Of a stretch of 32,000 bases of DNA, positions 7,912 to 16,286 are shown piece after piece. Under the pieces are notes generated by a model. It did no database searches and was not told the origin of the DNA. It was given only the letters and a program-made list of their open reading frames with translations. This DNA is from Nonlabens ponticola (GTDB lineage: Bacteria; Bacteroidota; Bacteroidia; Flavobacteriales; Flavobacteriaceae), in the NCBI RefSeq assembly GCF_003966335.1, contig NZ_CP034549.1, forward strand, positions 2,640,001-2,672,000. The letters are read 5' to 3'. The position numbers and the translations under genes were made by a program. Numbering within the stretch: the stretch's first letter is position 1; the number at the start of each line of letters is the position of its first letter.

Positions 7912-10704
7912 TTATATAGCTACCAAATATTCAAAAAGGTCAGTTTCCTTATCAAGTTCCATCTTTTTACGCAAACGATAACGCTTAATTTCTACACTGC
8001 GAGGTGAGATATTAAGGAGCGGCGCAATTTCTTTTGAGGATAGATTAAGACGTATGTAGATGCTCAATCTCAAATCTCCTGAAGTCAACGATGGATGCCT
8101 TGCCTTGATGTTTTTAATGAAGGCCTTATCTGTCATGGTAAAGGCTTGTTCAAAGGTTTTCCAGTCTTGACGTTCGGTCATGTTTTTATGGACTAAATCC
8201 TTGACAGCTTTGAGGTTCTTGCTATCATTATTTGCCTGCACTTTTTCCAGCGCTTTTTTGATCTCGCTAAGCGTCTCATTTTTCTTAATCATTGCCATGG
8301 TGGTCATGGCAAGTTCTCTATTACGGGATTCAATATCAGTCGTTAGTTGTTTATTGTTGACCTCTGCTAACTCCTTTTGATTTTTAAGTCTTTCTAGATC
8401 AAGCTCACGTTGCTTCTTTGTCAGCTCAGCCTCTTGTTTCTTATTGTAATACCATTTGTAAAACACATTAATAAGCACAATCAAAAGAATGGCTAACAAA
8501 ATGTAAATGATATAAGCTGCCATTGTGCGATAAATGGGTGGTAATATCTCAAACTCTATACGTGCGGTGCTGCCTACTACACCATTGACAACACTGCGCA
8601 CTTCTAGTTGATAATTATCATCCTCAAGATTTTCAAATATCAATGTGCTTGCAGCTGCTGATACTGACCATTGATCCATATCATCTTTGAGACGATACTG
8701 GTACTTTACGTCTGTTAGGGCGTCATACAACGGTGTATGGTAGTTGACCTCCAATTTGCTCGCATCATGCGGTAATTCAAAGCCATTTTGAATATCGATA
8801 CGTTCCAGCCTGTTATCGTTATAAGTCACCAGGATCTTATCTATGTAAACTAGCGACTGTTTATCCTCAAGTCGCGCTGTATCGAAAATGATGTATCCTT
8901 GAGATGATCCCATGAGATATTGATAATCTGTCAGTTTGAACAAACTCTCATAACCAGTTTTCTCTGCTCTTATTTCCTGCGGTATCGCATAGCGCTCAAA
9001 CTCAAATGTATTTTTTATAGGTTCGACGGTAACTTGTACCAATTGATTTTTCATGAAAAACCAAAACGATTGATCATCCATTGAGATCATTCTGCCAGAA
9101 GTGTACTCATCCTCATCCACCAATGCAGATAATTGCTCGTCTTTTTCAAAAGTGTCCGTATCTGGTTCCTTGACATAGAAACCATTTTTATTAGCATAAA
9201 TCAGGCGGTTTTTGAGCTTTATTAGATCAGAATAAGTGCCTTTACCAACTTCGTCTTTTAATTCTACATTGGTAGCTTTATTAAAATCAGCGTCTAGCGT
9301 TATCTCGAACAAGCCTTTATATTCATGACTTACATAGACTACATTGTCGCGTACAGCAAAATCCTTTGAGCTCACGTCAAATCCTGTAATCTTGTTTCTG
9401 ACCTTCCAGGAACTTCCAATACGCTCGAGCACGTATAAACCATCATAATTTCCTTGCAATAGCAAATTGTCTTGGCCTGGAATTTTTTGAATATCCCATG
9501 AACCGTTGATGCTCGCAATTTGTGTAGCTTGATCCTTACTTATATTAAATGTGCCTTTGTTGTGACCACAAAATAACGTACCATCAATTTCGACAAGGTT
9601 CCATACTTGGCCTTGCGTACCTTCTATAAGTTTAAATGCGTTATCTCTAGCATCACGCAAATACAAACCTTGATTAGTACCTAGATAGGTTTGATCATCC
9701 TTTACAAAGGCATCATACACAGTACCCAATTCGCCTACTCTATCAATAAAAGTGGTGAAACGCGCGTTTATATTTACGTAATCGATACCATTGTCCAGAC
9801 CCAACCATAGATTTCCATCTAGATCTTCGTACATAGAAAGGATCGTGTTGTTGGATAATCCATTGCGCTGATTCAACTGCATCTCAATTGAGCCGTCTTT
9901 TTCAATAAAAAATAATCCACTGTCGATGGTGCCTGCAGCTATTCTACCATCTGACAATATGGTAGCTGAATAAATCACTATATCCTTATCAACCTGATTT
10001 TTTGAAATTAGAGTAACTTCTCTTTCTTCAATGTGGAAAAGCGAATTGGCAGAAGTGATGAACACAATGATATCATCTTGAACAGCCATGGTAATGACAT
10101 TACCATCATCTTGCGACAGGCCGTGAACCAGAATCGAGGCTCCATCCACAATCTCGTAAAGACCATCATTAGCGATGTTATAAAAAACCCTATTTCCTAC
10201 CTTAAAGACTTTGGTTAGTGCTGGGTTTTGTAGAATTACTTCGACAGTTTTTGAATCTGGATCATAAGAATACAAGCGGTCAAGCGACTGTACCAGCAAC
10301 GTGGATCCATTAGGAATCAAGTTCCAGAACTGCTCATCTTCAAGAATATCAACCTCAAGCGTTTCTACAAGTGATGTATATTTTAATGATCCATCTGGTT
10401 GTGATTCCCAAAAACCAAAATCCATATAAGCGCCAGAATATAATCGATCCTCATACCACGCGACAGATCGCATGATACTCTCATTGTAAGTAGGATATAC
10501 TGTCCACTGCTCACCGTTATATTCTAACAATCCAGCACCGTTGGCGAAATACATGCGCCTATCATCAGACTGGGCAATCATCCAGTTTTGATTCTGGGCT
10601 TGGTACTGTGCAGGAGAAAAATTAGAAATAGGTGGCAGCTCTTGAGCCATACCATGGCTCAAACAGATCATGAAATAAAAAAGGAAAAACGTGCAATATT
10701 TCAT
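7912..10704 (-). CDS. Transmembrane one-component PUL regulator: periplasmic beta-propeller plus Y_Y_Y domain, one TM helix, coiled coil, C-terminal LuxR/GerE-type HTH (no histidine kinase or receiver)
   Basis: 930 aa. Signal peptide, repeated propeller-like segments, a Y_Y_Y-like segment (VNYHTPLYDALTDVKYQYRLKDDMDQWS...YQLEVRS) and a TM helix AAYIIYILLAILLIVLINVFYKWY. The C-terminal HTH is LTSGDLRLSIYIRLNLSSKEIAPLLNISPRSVEIKRYRLRKKM. It sits directly upstream of susC. Confidence 0.85.
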   Translation of the reverse strand: MKYCTFFLFYFMICLSHGMAQELPPISNFSPAQYQAQNQNWMIAQSDDRRMYFANGAGLLEYNGEQWTVYPTYNESIMRSVAWYEDRLYSGAYMDFGFWESQPDGSLKYTSLVETLEVDILEDEQFWNLIPNGSTLLVQSLDRLYSYDPDSKTVEVILQNPALTKVFKVGNRVFYNIANDGLYEIVDGASILVHGLSQDDGNVITMAVQDDIIVFITSANSLFHIEEREVTLISKNQVDKDIVIYSATILSDGRIAAGTIDSGLFFIEKDGSIEMQLNQRNGLSNNTILSMYEDLDGNLWLGLDNGIDYVNINARFTTFIDRVGELGTVYDAFVKDDQTYLGTNQGLYLRDARDNAFKLIEGTQGQVWNLVEIDGTLFCGHNKGTFNISKDQATQIASINGSWDIQKIPGQDNLLLQGNYDGLYVLERIGSSWKVRNKITGFDVSSKDFAVRDNVVYVSHEYKGLFEITLDADFNKATNVELKDEVGKGTYSDLIKLKNRLIYANKNGFYVKEPDTDTFEKDEQLSALVDEDEYTSGRMISMDDQSFWFFMKNQLVQVTVEPIKNTFEFERYAIPQEIRAEKTGYESLFKLTDYQYLMGSSQGYIIFDTARLEDKQSLVYIDKILVTYNDNRLERIDIQNGFELPHDASKLEVNYHTPLYDALTDVKYQYRLKDDMDQWSVSAAASTLIFENLEDDNYQLEVRSVVNGVVGSTARIEFEILPPIYRTMAAYIIYILLAILLIVLINVFYKWYYNKKQEAELTKKQRELDLERLKNQKELAEVNNKQLTTDIESRNRELAMTTMAMIKKNETLSEIKKALEKVQANNDSKNLKAVKDLVHKNMTERQDWKTFEQAFTMTDKAFIKNIKARHPSLTSGDLRLSIYIRLNLSSKEIAPLLNISPRSVEIKRYRLRKKMELDKETDLFEYLVAI

Positions 10705-10754
10705 AGTGCGTCCTAAAACTACTACAATCTATCTACAACCGCGAGAACATTGTC

Positions 10755-11522
10755 TTACTTATTGAAACCGCGCAGTTTTATGGCCGTCAATACCTTCTTG
10801 GTGTACAGCGGGAAATCTGCATTTTGAATCCAGCTGTAATAACCAGGCTCTGCTTCCAGCACGTCCACGACGCGTTTGCCTTTGTGCTTACCAAAGTTGA
10901 AACATTCCTCACCTTTCTCATTGTAAGCAAGCATACCGGCAAAATCCACTGGCTTGCGTCGCGTTGAGAATTCAGCAAGGGATTTCATATCGTTTTCTAG
11001 CTCTGGATATCTATCCAGCTGCCCCTTTAGGACTTCATAGGTAGCAATGGTATCTGCCTCGGCGCTGTGAGCATCTGTCAAGTCTTTGTTGCAGTAAAAC
11101 TTATAGGCAGCCACCAGTGTGCGCTGTTCCATCTTGTGAAAAATGTTTTGCACGTCTATCGCATTGCGGTTACCCATGTCAAAATCAACGCCAGCACGCA
11201 ACATTTCCTCAGCAAGTAAGGGAATATCAAATCTATTAGAGTTGAATCCAGCAAGATCACTATCCTTGATTAGATTGTTTATCTCGTGCGCCAGCTCTTT
11301 AAAAGTAGGTTGATTAGCAACCATCTCATCAGTAATACCGTGCACGGCAGTCGTCGCGGCAGGAATTGGCACAGTAGGATTTACACGGTAGGTATAAGTC
11401 TTCTCGGTTCCATCAGGAAGCACCTTGTGAACGGAAATCTCCACTATTCGATCTTTAGAAATATTGGTACCTGTAGTTTCTAAGTCAAAAAAACAAATAG
11501 GTCTGTGTAACTGTAACTGCAT
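10755..11522 (-). CDS. DEDDh-family 3'-5' exonuclease (DNA polymerase III epsilon-like domain plus C-terminal extension)
   Basis: 255 aa. Exo I is FFDLETTG, Exo II is AGFNSNRFDIPLL, Exo III is HSAEADT (H-x4-D). Confidence 0.85.
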   Translation of the reverse strand: MQLQLHRPICFFDLETTGTNISKDRIVEISVHKVLPDGTEKTYTYRVNPTVPIPAATTAVHGITDEMVANQPTFKELAHEINNLIKDSDLAGFNSNRFDIPLLAEEMLRAGVDFDMGNRNAIDVQNIFHKMEQRTLVAAYKFYCNKDLTDAHSAEADTIATYEVLKGQLDRYPELENDMKSLAEFSTRRKPVDFAGMLAYNEKGEECFNFGKHKGKRVVDVLEAEPGYYSWIQNADFPLYTKKVLTAIKLRGFNK

Positions 11523-11554
11523 AATAATGGTGGTTGTAAGATGGTGGTTTGTTT

Positions 11555-11570
11555 AGCTTTCGCGAAAGCT
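11555..11570. repeat. 16-bp perfect palindrome AGCTTTCGCGAAAGCT (core GCTTTCGCGAAAGC)
   Basis: Read directly. It lies in the divergent promoter region, 33 nt upstream of the exonuclease start (11522) and 94 nt upstream of the start at 11664. Confidence 0.9.
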
Positions 11571-11663
11571 TACTCTCAAAAATCTGTATCTTTAAATACA
11601 AATATAGGTTGCTCATAAGCTTAAGGCATGCTTATTGAAACCTGATTTATATAAAGTTAGAGC

Positions 11664-12038
11664 ATGAAAAAGTACCTGATAGCATTATTAATAATCTTAC
11701 CAGTGGTTATGCTGGCGCAGGAAGAAGAGCAAGAAACCCGTAAAATCATCACTTTAGAAGTAAGTGGCTCGTCGTCGAACTACCATTTAAAAGATGCTCC
11801 GGCTATGGCCGCAGCTGGCGAGTATGTATACATCTCTTACGGGATCGCGCCGGCGTTCAATCCTGGCTTTAACAGCTATGTTTTAAAGGAATATGGGATC
11901 ACGGTGATAAGTAATGGTTGTATGACGAGTGCAGGCCAGATGGCAACGGCCTCAGCTTTTAAAAAGGAGATCGAGAAGAAGTACGGCGAGCATTTTATGC
12001 ACGATGAATTTGAAAAATTTAAAAAAGCTAGAAGTTAA
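11664..12038 (+). CDS. Small secreted hypothetical protein
   Basis: 124 aa with signal peptide MKKYLIALLIILPVVMLAQ. No family recognised. Its stop overlaps the next start (TAATG at 12036-12040). Confidence 0.55.
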   Translation: MKKYLIALLIILPVVMLAQEEEQETRKIITLEVSGSSSNYHLKDAPAMAAAGEYVYISYGIAPAFNPGFNSYVLKEYGITVISNGCMTSAGQMATASAFKKEIEKKYGEHFMHDEFEKFKKARS

Positions 12039-12415
12039 TGAAGTATTTGACTATCCTCTTTTTACTAGTTAGTACCACTTGCCTCGCTCAACACGATGGC
12101 ATTGAAATAGATGTAGTTAAAGGACATAAAAAAATCACCTACACGGCCCAAAATACGACCAGCGACACGCTGGATCTGTTTTTTAAAGTCATCAGTGACG
12201 GTTTCCGTCGCAGTGCAGATAGACCGATTATCACGACTGTACCTGCAAAATCTACCATCAATCTACTCACACTTATTCCAAAGAAAAATGCGGATACAAC
12301 GCACACTTACATTGCCGTAGTGACAAAACCTGAGCATAATATCCAGATAAGAAAAACAGATACAGTGGTGCGCGAAATAAGAAAAGTAGATCCTGTCAAA
12401 AAATCTGGTAATTAG
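12038..12415 (+). CDS. Small secreted hypothetical protein
   Basis: 125 aa with signal peptide MKYLTILFLLVSTTCLAQ. No family recognised. Translationally coupled to the preceding ORF. Confidence 0.55.
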   Translation: MKYLTILFLLVSTTCLAQHDGIEIDVVKGHKKITYTAQNTTSDTLDLFFKVISDGFRRSADRPIITTVPAKSTINLLTLIPKKNADTTHTYIAVVTKPEHNIQIRKTDTVVREIRKVDPVKKSGN

Positions 12416-13704
12416 TCTTGCTTGAATAATTCCTTGCGCAATAAGACAGCCAAGACTGCAAAATATAGTAGGTAACTTATCGCGTGCGCCATTACAATAC
12501 CTTCAGTGTCATATTTTCTCACTAGGACATAGCTTGCTATGAGAAATGTTCCTAGACTCACAACCTCGGCAATCAGATATCTTTTCAAGTCGTTTTGAGC
12601 AATGAACCACATGGCCAATACGGTGGTGATTATTTTAATGAAATCACCGATGAGCTGCCATTTGAATAGCACCAGCATTCCTTCAAACTCTTCAGTAAAT
12701 AGAATACTGACTATCAAGTCTCTAGTGATAAAAATAGTCACGAGACCAGCAGCTAGCGGCAAAAGCAATGTCTTGTAAAAGTCAAGGCTTACCATCTTAA
12801 GATTTGATGCATCACTGGACTTGCTGAATTTAGGCAACACATACATACTGATAAGCGTAGTGAAAAACAGCATGTAGTAAGATGATACGCGCTGTATCGC
12901 TTCCCACAAACCTGCGGCATCATCATTGACCACGGCACGCAAATCCTGTCGCACCAAAATATGGACCACAGGAATCAGCACCGCACTCGCAAGCGCCATA
13001 AAGCTGTAGGATAATAAAGGCTTTAAACTGTTTTTGTCAAATGATCCCGTAATTGATGGAAAAAGAGGCAGGTCTTTTCTATGGTAATACCAAATGACGA
13101 TTGCCGTCACACATTGTATGATAGGTGCGATAACAATACCTGTCAAAGCACCGCTTAATTGATTCGTATAAATCAACCATGCACTGACGGCAAAAACCAA
13201 TACATTGACTGCTATATTAAGAGAAATGAATCGCTTGTACCATTCAAATCCCTGCATCATGGATGCGATGAAAATGAATAATGTATAGAATGGTAGTGAG
13301 ATAGCCAGATACTTAAAAACATAGGCATAGCTAGTTTCCAGTCCTATCAAGTAATTATCCAGCACCGAGGCAAGAAAGAAAGTAGTGATTCCTAATATTA
13401 CTGATATAGCAATACCAGCTATCCAGGCCGTGCTATATATTTTGCGCAACTGTTGTGGCTCTTTTTTGAGACTTGCTGCATGTCTTACCAGACCATTCTC
13501 AAGACCTAGCACGCTAAAGGTTTGTACGCCTTGCATGAAATTGCGCAGATTACCCAACACACCCAATCCTGTAGCACCTGCAAAAACGGCTAGAATATAA
13601 GACATCGCAGAGCCAAGACCTATGCGTACCAAAATCTGGATAGAGTTATATCCAGCCACCTTGAGCAATAAATTTTTATTTAAATACTTGAATAGATGTC
13701 TCAT
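12412..13704 (-). CDS. Wzx-type polysaccharide/oligosaccharide flippase (MOP superfamily; WzxE / lipid III flippase-like)
   Basis: 430 aa, hydrophobic throughout with about 12 predicted TM segments. Its start overlaps the aminotransferase stop by 4 nt (13701-13704). The gene order aminotransferase -> flippase resembles wecE-wzxE. Confidence 0.7.
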   Translation of the reverse strand: MRHLFKYLNKNLLLKVAGYNSIQILVRIGLGSAMSYILAVFAGATGLGVLGNLRNFMQGVQTFSVLGLENGLVRHAASLKKEPQQLRKIYSTAWIAGIAISVILGITTFFLASVLDNYLIGLETSYAYVFKYLAISLPFYTLFIFIASMMQGFEWYKRFISLNIAVNVLVFAVSAWLIYTNQLSGALTGIVIAPIIQCVTAIVIWYYHRKDLPLFPSITGSFDKNSLKPLLSYSFMALASAVLIPVVHILVRQDLRAVVNDDAAGLWEAIQRVSSYYMLFFTTLISMYVLPKFSKSSDASNLKMVSLDFYKTLLLPLAAGLVTIFITRDLIVSILFTEEFEGMLVLFKWQLIGDFIKIITTVLAMWFIAQNDLKRYLIAEVVSLGTFLIASYVLVRKYDTEGIVMAHAISYLLYFAVLAVLLRKELFKQD

Positions 13705-14843
13705 TCAAAGCTGTTCACGGTATCAATCACTCGTTGCACTTCCTGATCACTTAATAATGGGTGACACGGAATGCTCAGTTGGGTTTTATGCAGTCGTTCT
13801 GTAACGGGAAAATTAAATGCGTTGAATTCAGGATAGACCTCTTGATGATGTGGCGGAATTTTATAATGAAAATTAGTACCGATTCCAGCGGCATCCATAT
13901 GCTGCACCAGTCTACCTCGATCATCAGAATATATTGGGAAAACATGATGCGCATTGTGCTCGATCCATAAAGAATTAGGCACCTGTATTTTTTCATGTTT
14001 GATGCTGGAAATATAGGTTTCTGCGATCTCGCGACGTCTCGCATTGTCTTGATCTAGTAATGGTAAACGATTTGAGAGAAAACCTGCTTGCAAGGGATCC
14101 AATCGCGAGTTCACACCTAGAACGTCATTGACATATCGCGATTCACGACCATAGTTGGCTATTTTCCTGCACATGCTTCCCAGCTCTTCATCATCTGTCA
14201 CGATGGCTCCAGCATCACCTAATGCGCCCAGATTTTTGGTTGGGTAAAAGGAAAAAGCACTGGCTCTGCCGCGTGAGCCAGATCGCATTCCTTGATCGGT
14301 TCTAGCGCCGTGGGCTTGAGCAGCGTCAGTGTAGATGGGTATTTTTTTTGCTTTCGCGCCTGCCTGCCGGTCAGGCAGGAAAGCATACACCTCATCATCC
14401 ACCAGTTTACCATAAATATCTACCGCAATTACTCCATGGATGTTATCTAGCTGGTTCTTGATTTTATCTGCCGTGAGCAGTAATTCATCCACATCTACAG
14501 GAACAGGTATACAGCCTGCATTAGTGATGCTCAAGAATGTTGCGATGTAGGTATGTGCAGGCACCAGAATTCTAGCAGCTTTAGTTAAAACGCCTAACTC
14601 AACATCTGCACGCAGAATGATTTCTAGAGCTTCCAGACCGTTTGCAACGCCTATACAATGTTGGACACCGCAGTATGCGGCAAATTCGTTTTCAAATCGC
14701 GTGACCATATCGCCACCTATGTAGGTGCCACTATCATGCAAATGCTGCATGACGTCAAGATCCTGTTGCAGGAAACGACCTTGCAGGGACTTGAGATCTA
14801 GATATGGGATAGGAGCTGCCATCAAGCGGTTGAAGTTAATCAA
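13701..14843 (-). CDS. DegT/DnrJ/EryC1/StrS-family PLP-dependent sugar aminotransferase (WecE/RffA-like, dTDP-4-amino-4,6-dideoxyhexose type)
   Basis: 380 aa. Family motifs are TDAAQAHGA and the Schiff-base lysine context SFYPTKNLGALGDAG. It carries an extra LPDRQAG segment encoded by the split palindrome at 14350-14384. Confidence 0.85.
   Translation of the reverse strand: MINFNRLMAAPIPYLDLKSLQGRFLQQDLDVMQHLHDSGTYIGGDMVTRFENEFAAYCGVQHCIGVANGLEALEIILRADVELGVLTKAARILVPAHTYIATFLSITNAGCIPVPVDVDELLLTADKIKNQLDNIHGVIAVDIYGKLVDDEVYAFLPDRQAGAKAKKIPIYTDAAQAHGARTDQGMRSGSRGRASAFSFYPTKNLGALGDAGAIVTDDEELGSMCRKIANYGRESRYVNDVLGVNSRLDPLQAGFLSNRLPLLDQDNARRREIAETYISSIKHEKIQVPNSLWIEHNAHHVFPIYSDDRGRLVQHMDAAGIGTNFHYKIPPHHQEVYPEFNAFNFPVTERLHKTQLSIPCHPLLSDQEVQRVIDTVNSFE
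14350..14384. repeat. Split copy of the palindrome: gctttcgcg + 21-nt hairpin (cctgcctg-ccggt-caggcagg) + aaagc, in frame inside the aminotransferase CDS
   Basis: gctttcgcgcctgcctgccggtcaggcaggaaagc. The outer arms gctttc/gaaagc and inner arms cctgcctg/caggcagg are self-complementary. On the coding strand it reads A F L P D R Q A G A K A. Confidence 0.8.
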
Positions 14844-14853
14844 TTAAGAAAAC

Positions 14854-15156
14854 TCACGTGGCAAAAGCCGCTGTCACCCGTTGCAAATTGAGAAGTACAT
14901 TAACGGCAAGTAAAACAAACAAGATGACATTGACTGCTAGTCCAATAGTTTTGACTCTTGAACTAGGTTCCCGTAAACTTAGCATGGCAAACACAAAACC
15001 TGCCAGAACCGTTACAAAAAACAGGGTGATCAAATAACCTACAATGTCGTCCAGCATGGTGCTGCCGTCTCTATTGATGACAGATAAGGTTAGGAAAACC
15101 ACTAATAATATAATGCTGAATGCTGCCAGGTGATAGCTGCGCTTAGAATGTTTCAT
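14854..15156 (-). CDS. Small integral membrane protein (3 predicted TM helices), function unknown
   Basis: 100 aa. Hydrophobic segments are LAAFSIILLVVFLTLSVI, IVGYLITLFFVTVLAGFVFAML and IGLAVNVILFVLLAVNVLL. It overlaps the upstream gene by 4 nt and ends 10 nt before the aminotransferase start, so it looks embedded in the operon. Confidence 0.5.
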   Translation of the reverse strand: MKHSKRSYHLAAFSIILLVVFLTLSVINRDGSTMLDDIVGYLITLFFVTVLAGFVFAMLSLREPSSRVKTIGLAVNVILFVLLAVNVLLNLQRVTAAFAT

Positions 15157-16115
15157 GCTGTAAAAGTATAGGTTGCCGTAGCAACTTTGAGCTGCTTGCC
15201 GCCTAATTGTTTTTTAAATCGTAGAAGTCCTTGATTGATGCTACCATCGCGTTCATTGACGATACCTAGATCGATGTGTTTTTTACCATCTTGTCTGGCC
15301 TGTGCAATTAATTCCAAGTAAAGATAATCCATGGCATTTTTTTCAAACCCTAGACTGGTACTAGCCGCATACTGAATCTTAAGAATGTTGCCAAAATCAA
15401 AAACTAGTATTCCTGCAATTGGTTCCTGATCAAATTCTACTATGTGAAGTTTTATGCCGTCTGGGAATCTGGATTGTAAGAGCTGTATTTCAGCTAGCGA
15501 GTGAACTGGTGTTGCGTTGTGCCTATTTTTTAAGGATGGCACCAGAATGTTGTTCCAGTAATATGCAAGATCTTCTGATTGCTGTACTTGTAATTGATCA
15601 AACTTACCGTTGCGGTATCCTATGGTTTTTTTGGCGCTAGGTTGCCAGTCAGCGAGATCGATGACGACATCATCGGCTGTATCATTAACGCTGTAACCAT
15701 TGCTATTGAGAGCGTCAAATGTTTTTTGATAGATATCATCATAAATCGCTGGCGGCAGCTTGATTTTTAGGTTTATAATGCTGTTGTTCTGAGAATAGTC
15801 CAGTAAGGCTTGATGCAAATTATCTAGGTCGGTCGCATCTGCTGATACGATCCAACCAGCGTAGGTCAAGCCGTTATGGGAAATCAAATGATCATCTACT
15901 ACATGTGCTGGAAAGCAACCTCTCAGATTATCATCATCGAATGCCATGAGACTGTGATCCTGAAATCGGTCGCTGTGATATTCCATAAACTCACGCTCGT
16001 GCAGGAAACATCCATTGACAGATTGCTGTATAAAGTCATTCCAAGCAGCACGATCGCTAGATGTGTATAGTCTTAAACTCAATGGTGTCATTTGATGTGC
16101 TAAGATAGGCAGCAC
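15153..16115 (-). CDS. GNAT/FemAB-like acyltransferase-fold protein (putative amino-sugar N-acyltransferase)
   Basis: 320 aa. The N-terminal pattern WNDFIQQSVNGCFLHEREFMEYHSDRFQDHSLM resembles FemAB-like/GNAT proteins found in polysaccharide loci. It is the first gene of the operon with the aminotransferase and flippase. The family call rests on memory of sequence patterns only. The start could instead be the internal Met at MTPLSL. Confidence 0.45.
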   Translation of the reverse strand: MLPILAHQMTPLSLRLYTSSDRAAWNDFIQQSVNGCFLHEREFMEYHSDRFQDHSLMAFDDDNLRGCFPAHVVDDHLISHNGLTYAGWIVSADATDLDNLHQALLDYSQNNSIINLKIKLPPAIYDDIYQKTFDALNSNGYSVNDTADDVVIDLADWQPSAKKTIGYRNGKFDQLQVQQSEDLAYYWNNILVPSLKNRHNATPVHSLAEIQLLQSRFPDGIKLHIVEFDQEPIAGILVFDFGNILKIQYAASTSLGFEKNAMDYLYLELIAQARQDGKKHIDLGIVNERDGSINQGLLRFKKQLGGKQLKVATATYTFTA

Positions 16116-16212
16116 GGTCCTTAATCAATACATCCAAAAGACTGATGGTAGCTGCGTGAGTGATTGACGTGGAAATCCTTGTAATGGCGCGAGAGCGGCA
16201 TTGCAAGATTGT

Positions 16213-16260
16213 AACAAAAAGCACGACCCCATGAATTTCTCTGTAGAAATTCAAGGGGTC
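16213..16260 (-). terminator. Rho-independent terminator of typA
   Basis: The arms gaccccatgaatttct (16225-16240) and agaaattcaaggggtc (16245-16260) pair at 15/16 positions around the loop ctgt. On the minus strand the stem is followed by GTGCTTTTTGTT. The hairpin starts 26 nt after the typA stop. Confidence 0.7.
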
Positions 16261-16286
16261 ACGCCCGTATGGTAATCAATAGGATG

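Noticed and set aside
7810-8007. Plus-strand ORF spanning the regulator 3' end and the intergenic repeat
   Set aside because: It overlaps the well-supported regulator gene antisense and begins in promoter DNA. The peptide is low complexity.
13761-14413. ORFs 13761-13970 (+), 13775-14044 (-) and 14219-14413 (-) within the aminotransferase gene, and 13385-13804 (+) within and near the flippase gene
   Set aside because: They are alternative-frame or antisense shadows of well-supported genes. The 14219-14413 frame exists only because it reads through the palindromic insert.
16057-16254. 65-aa minus-strand ORF between the acyltransferase gene and typA
   Set aside because: It overlaps the start of the 15153-16115 gene and runs through the typA terminator hairpin (16225-16260). 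No motif was found.
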